A DNA stretch of 64,000 nucleotides from Ascidiella aspersa (taxonomy: Eukaryota): the NCBI GenBank assembly GCA_963924565.1, contig OZ004614.1:23188001-23252000 (forward strand). Direction: 5' to 3'. Each line of letters opens with the position of its first letter. Within the stretch, counting starts at the first letter, position 1. Position numbers and translations under genes: made by a program. Under the pieces are notes generated by a model. It made no database searches, was not told where the DNA came from, and saw only the letters and a list, made by a program, of their open reading frames with translations. Positions 63,008 to 64,000 of this stretch are shown piece by piece.

Positions 63008-64000
63008 ATTCTTTGTTTTCTAGTCTGTTTCCACTATGACGTTGTAATTATTAACATGTGTGACAACACATTCATAAAACAACTTTTAAACTTTTCTTAA
63101 ACCTTTGTCTTATACATAGAATGAACACTAAACTAACTAAAGAAGTAGGTATAGCTTACTAAAACGTTTAGAATAATTCTTAATCATTTTCAACATTCAC
63201 AGCTTCGTAATTTTATGATGCATTCACGAAATACTAACACATTGTGTATGGGCTTTGATATTAATTTTACGTTTAACTTCAAACCTTCAGCCATATCTTA
63301 AGATTTAATCAAACTTCCGCAAAATGCTGCCTACTTCTGTACGCGCTTTGGTATTCATAACTACGTTTAACCAACCTGCAGCCATCATCTTAACGTTTAT
63401 TTTAAAACGTTCACAAAATGCTACCTACTTATGTATAAGCTTTGATATTCGTACTACGTCTAGATACAACCTAAAGTTATTATCTTAACATCTATTCAAA
63501 ACGTTCTAAAAATGCAACTAACATATGTATGGGCTTTGATACTCATTCTACAACTAACATACAAGCCTCAAGTCATCATGCTTCAAAGATTATTTACACA
63601 GATTTTAGTGTGAGTTCGATTGACTTGGACACAGTCATACCCAAACTTTTTCTTTTACACGTTAAACGGCGTCGGCAGTGTGCGCCAAACAATTCCAGTC
63701 CAGACAGTTGAATTCACGAACGCAAAGCGGCACGCCGTAAAGAACAGATAAACAAAATACAGACGCGTTCAAAGGCAAACTAATCTGAGGTGCGGCTTTG
63801 CTAAATCCGTGTGCTGGAGCCGAGTACGTTTTGCGTTTTCCAAAAATAAACCAGCTTAGGTTTGAACGGTGTAAACAGCTTTATTTGACAACAGAATGGC
63901 CTAGCAAAGCCAATGGTGGAATTTCAAAAAGATAAAGGCGTGTTTAGAATAAACAATTGAGAAAACAAGCCGCGACTATACGATAATTGTTTTAGATCCC

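Overview
AT-rich, repeat-dense eukaryotic DNA (invertebrate-like, possibly ascidian; this is an inference from composition and repeat types only), with one 142-N scaffold gap. Most of the window is the intron-rich 5' part of a single minus-strand gene. Four GC-rich exons (53837-53692, 52890-52700, 38419-38193, 20494-19960) have canonical GT-AG sites and join in one frame (phases 2/1/0, ending phase 1). They encode about 366 aa of Ser-rich, low-complexity N-terminus that continues past position 1. Two candidate alternative first exons lie at 22983-22828 and 1241-1220. The introns and upstream region contain: (i) a 3.0-kb Sola2-like DNA transposon with ~470-480 bp TIRs and a TTGT TSD, whose broken transposase N-terminus resembles the N-terminal domain of vertebrate ARL14EP; (ii) at least seven minimal type I hammerhead ribozyme motifs from four sequence families of the Penelope/retrozyme kind, one intact and centred in a ~75-bp inverted duplication; (iii) a multimeric tRNA-headed SINE-like family; (iv) hAT- and Merlin-like MITEs with clear TSDs, several nested; (v) three very abundant degenerate MITE families, minisatellites and local duplications. 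Almost all entries in the ORF track are spurious.
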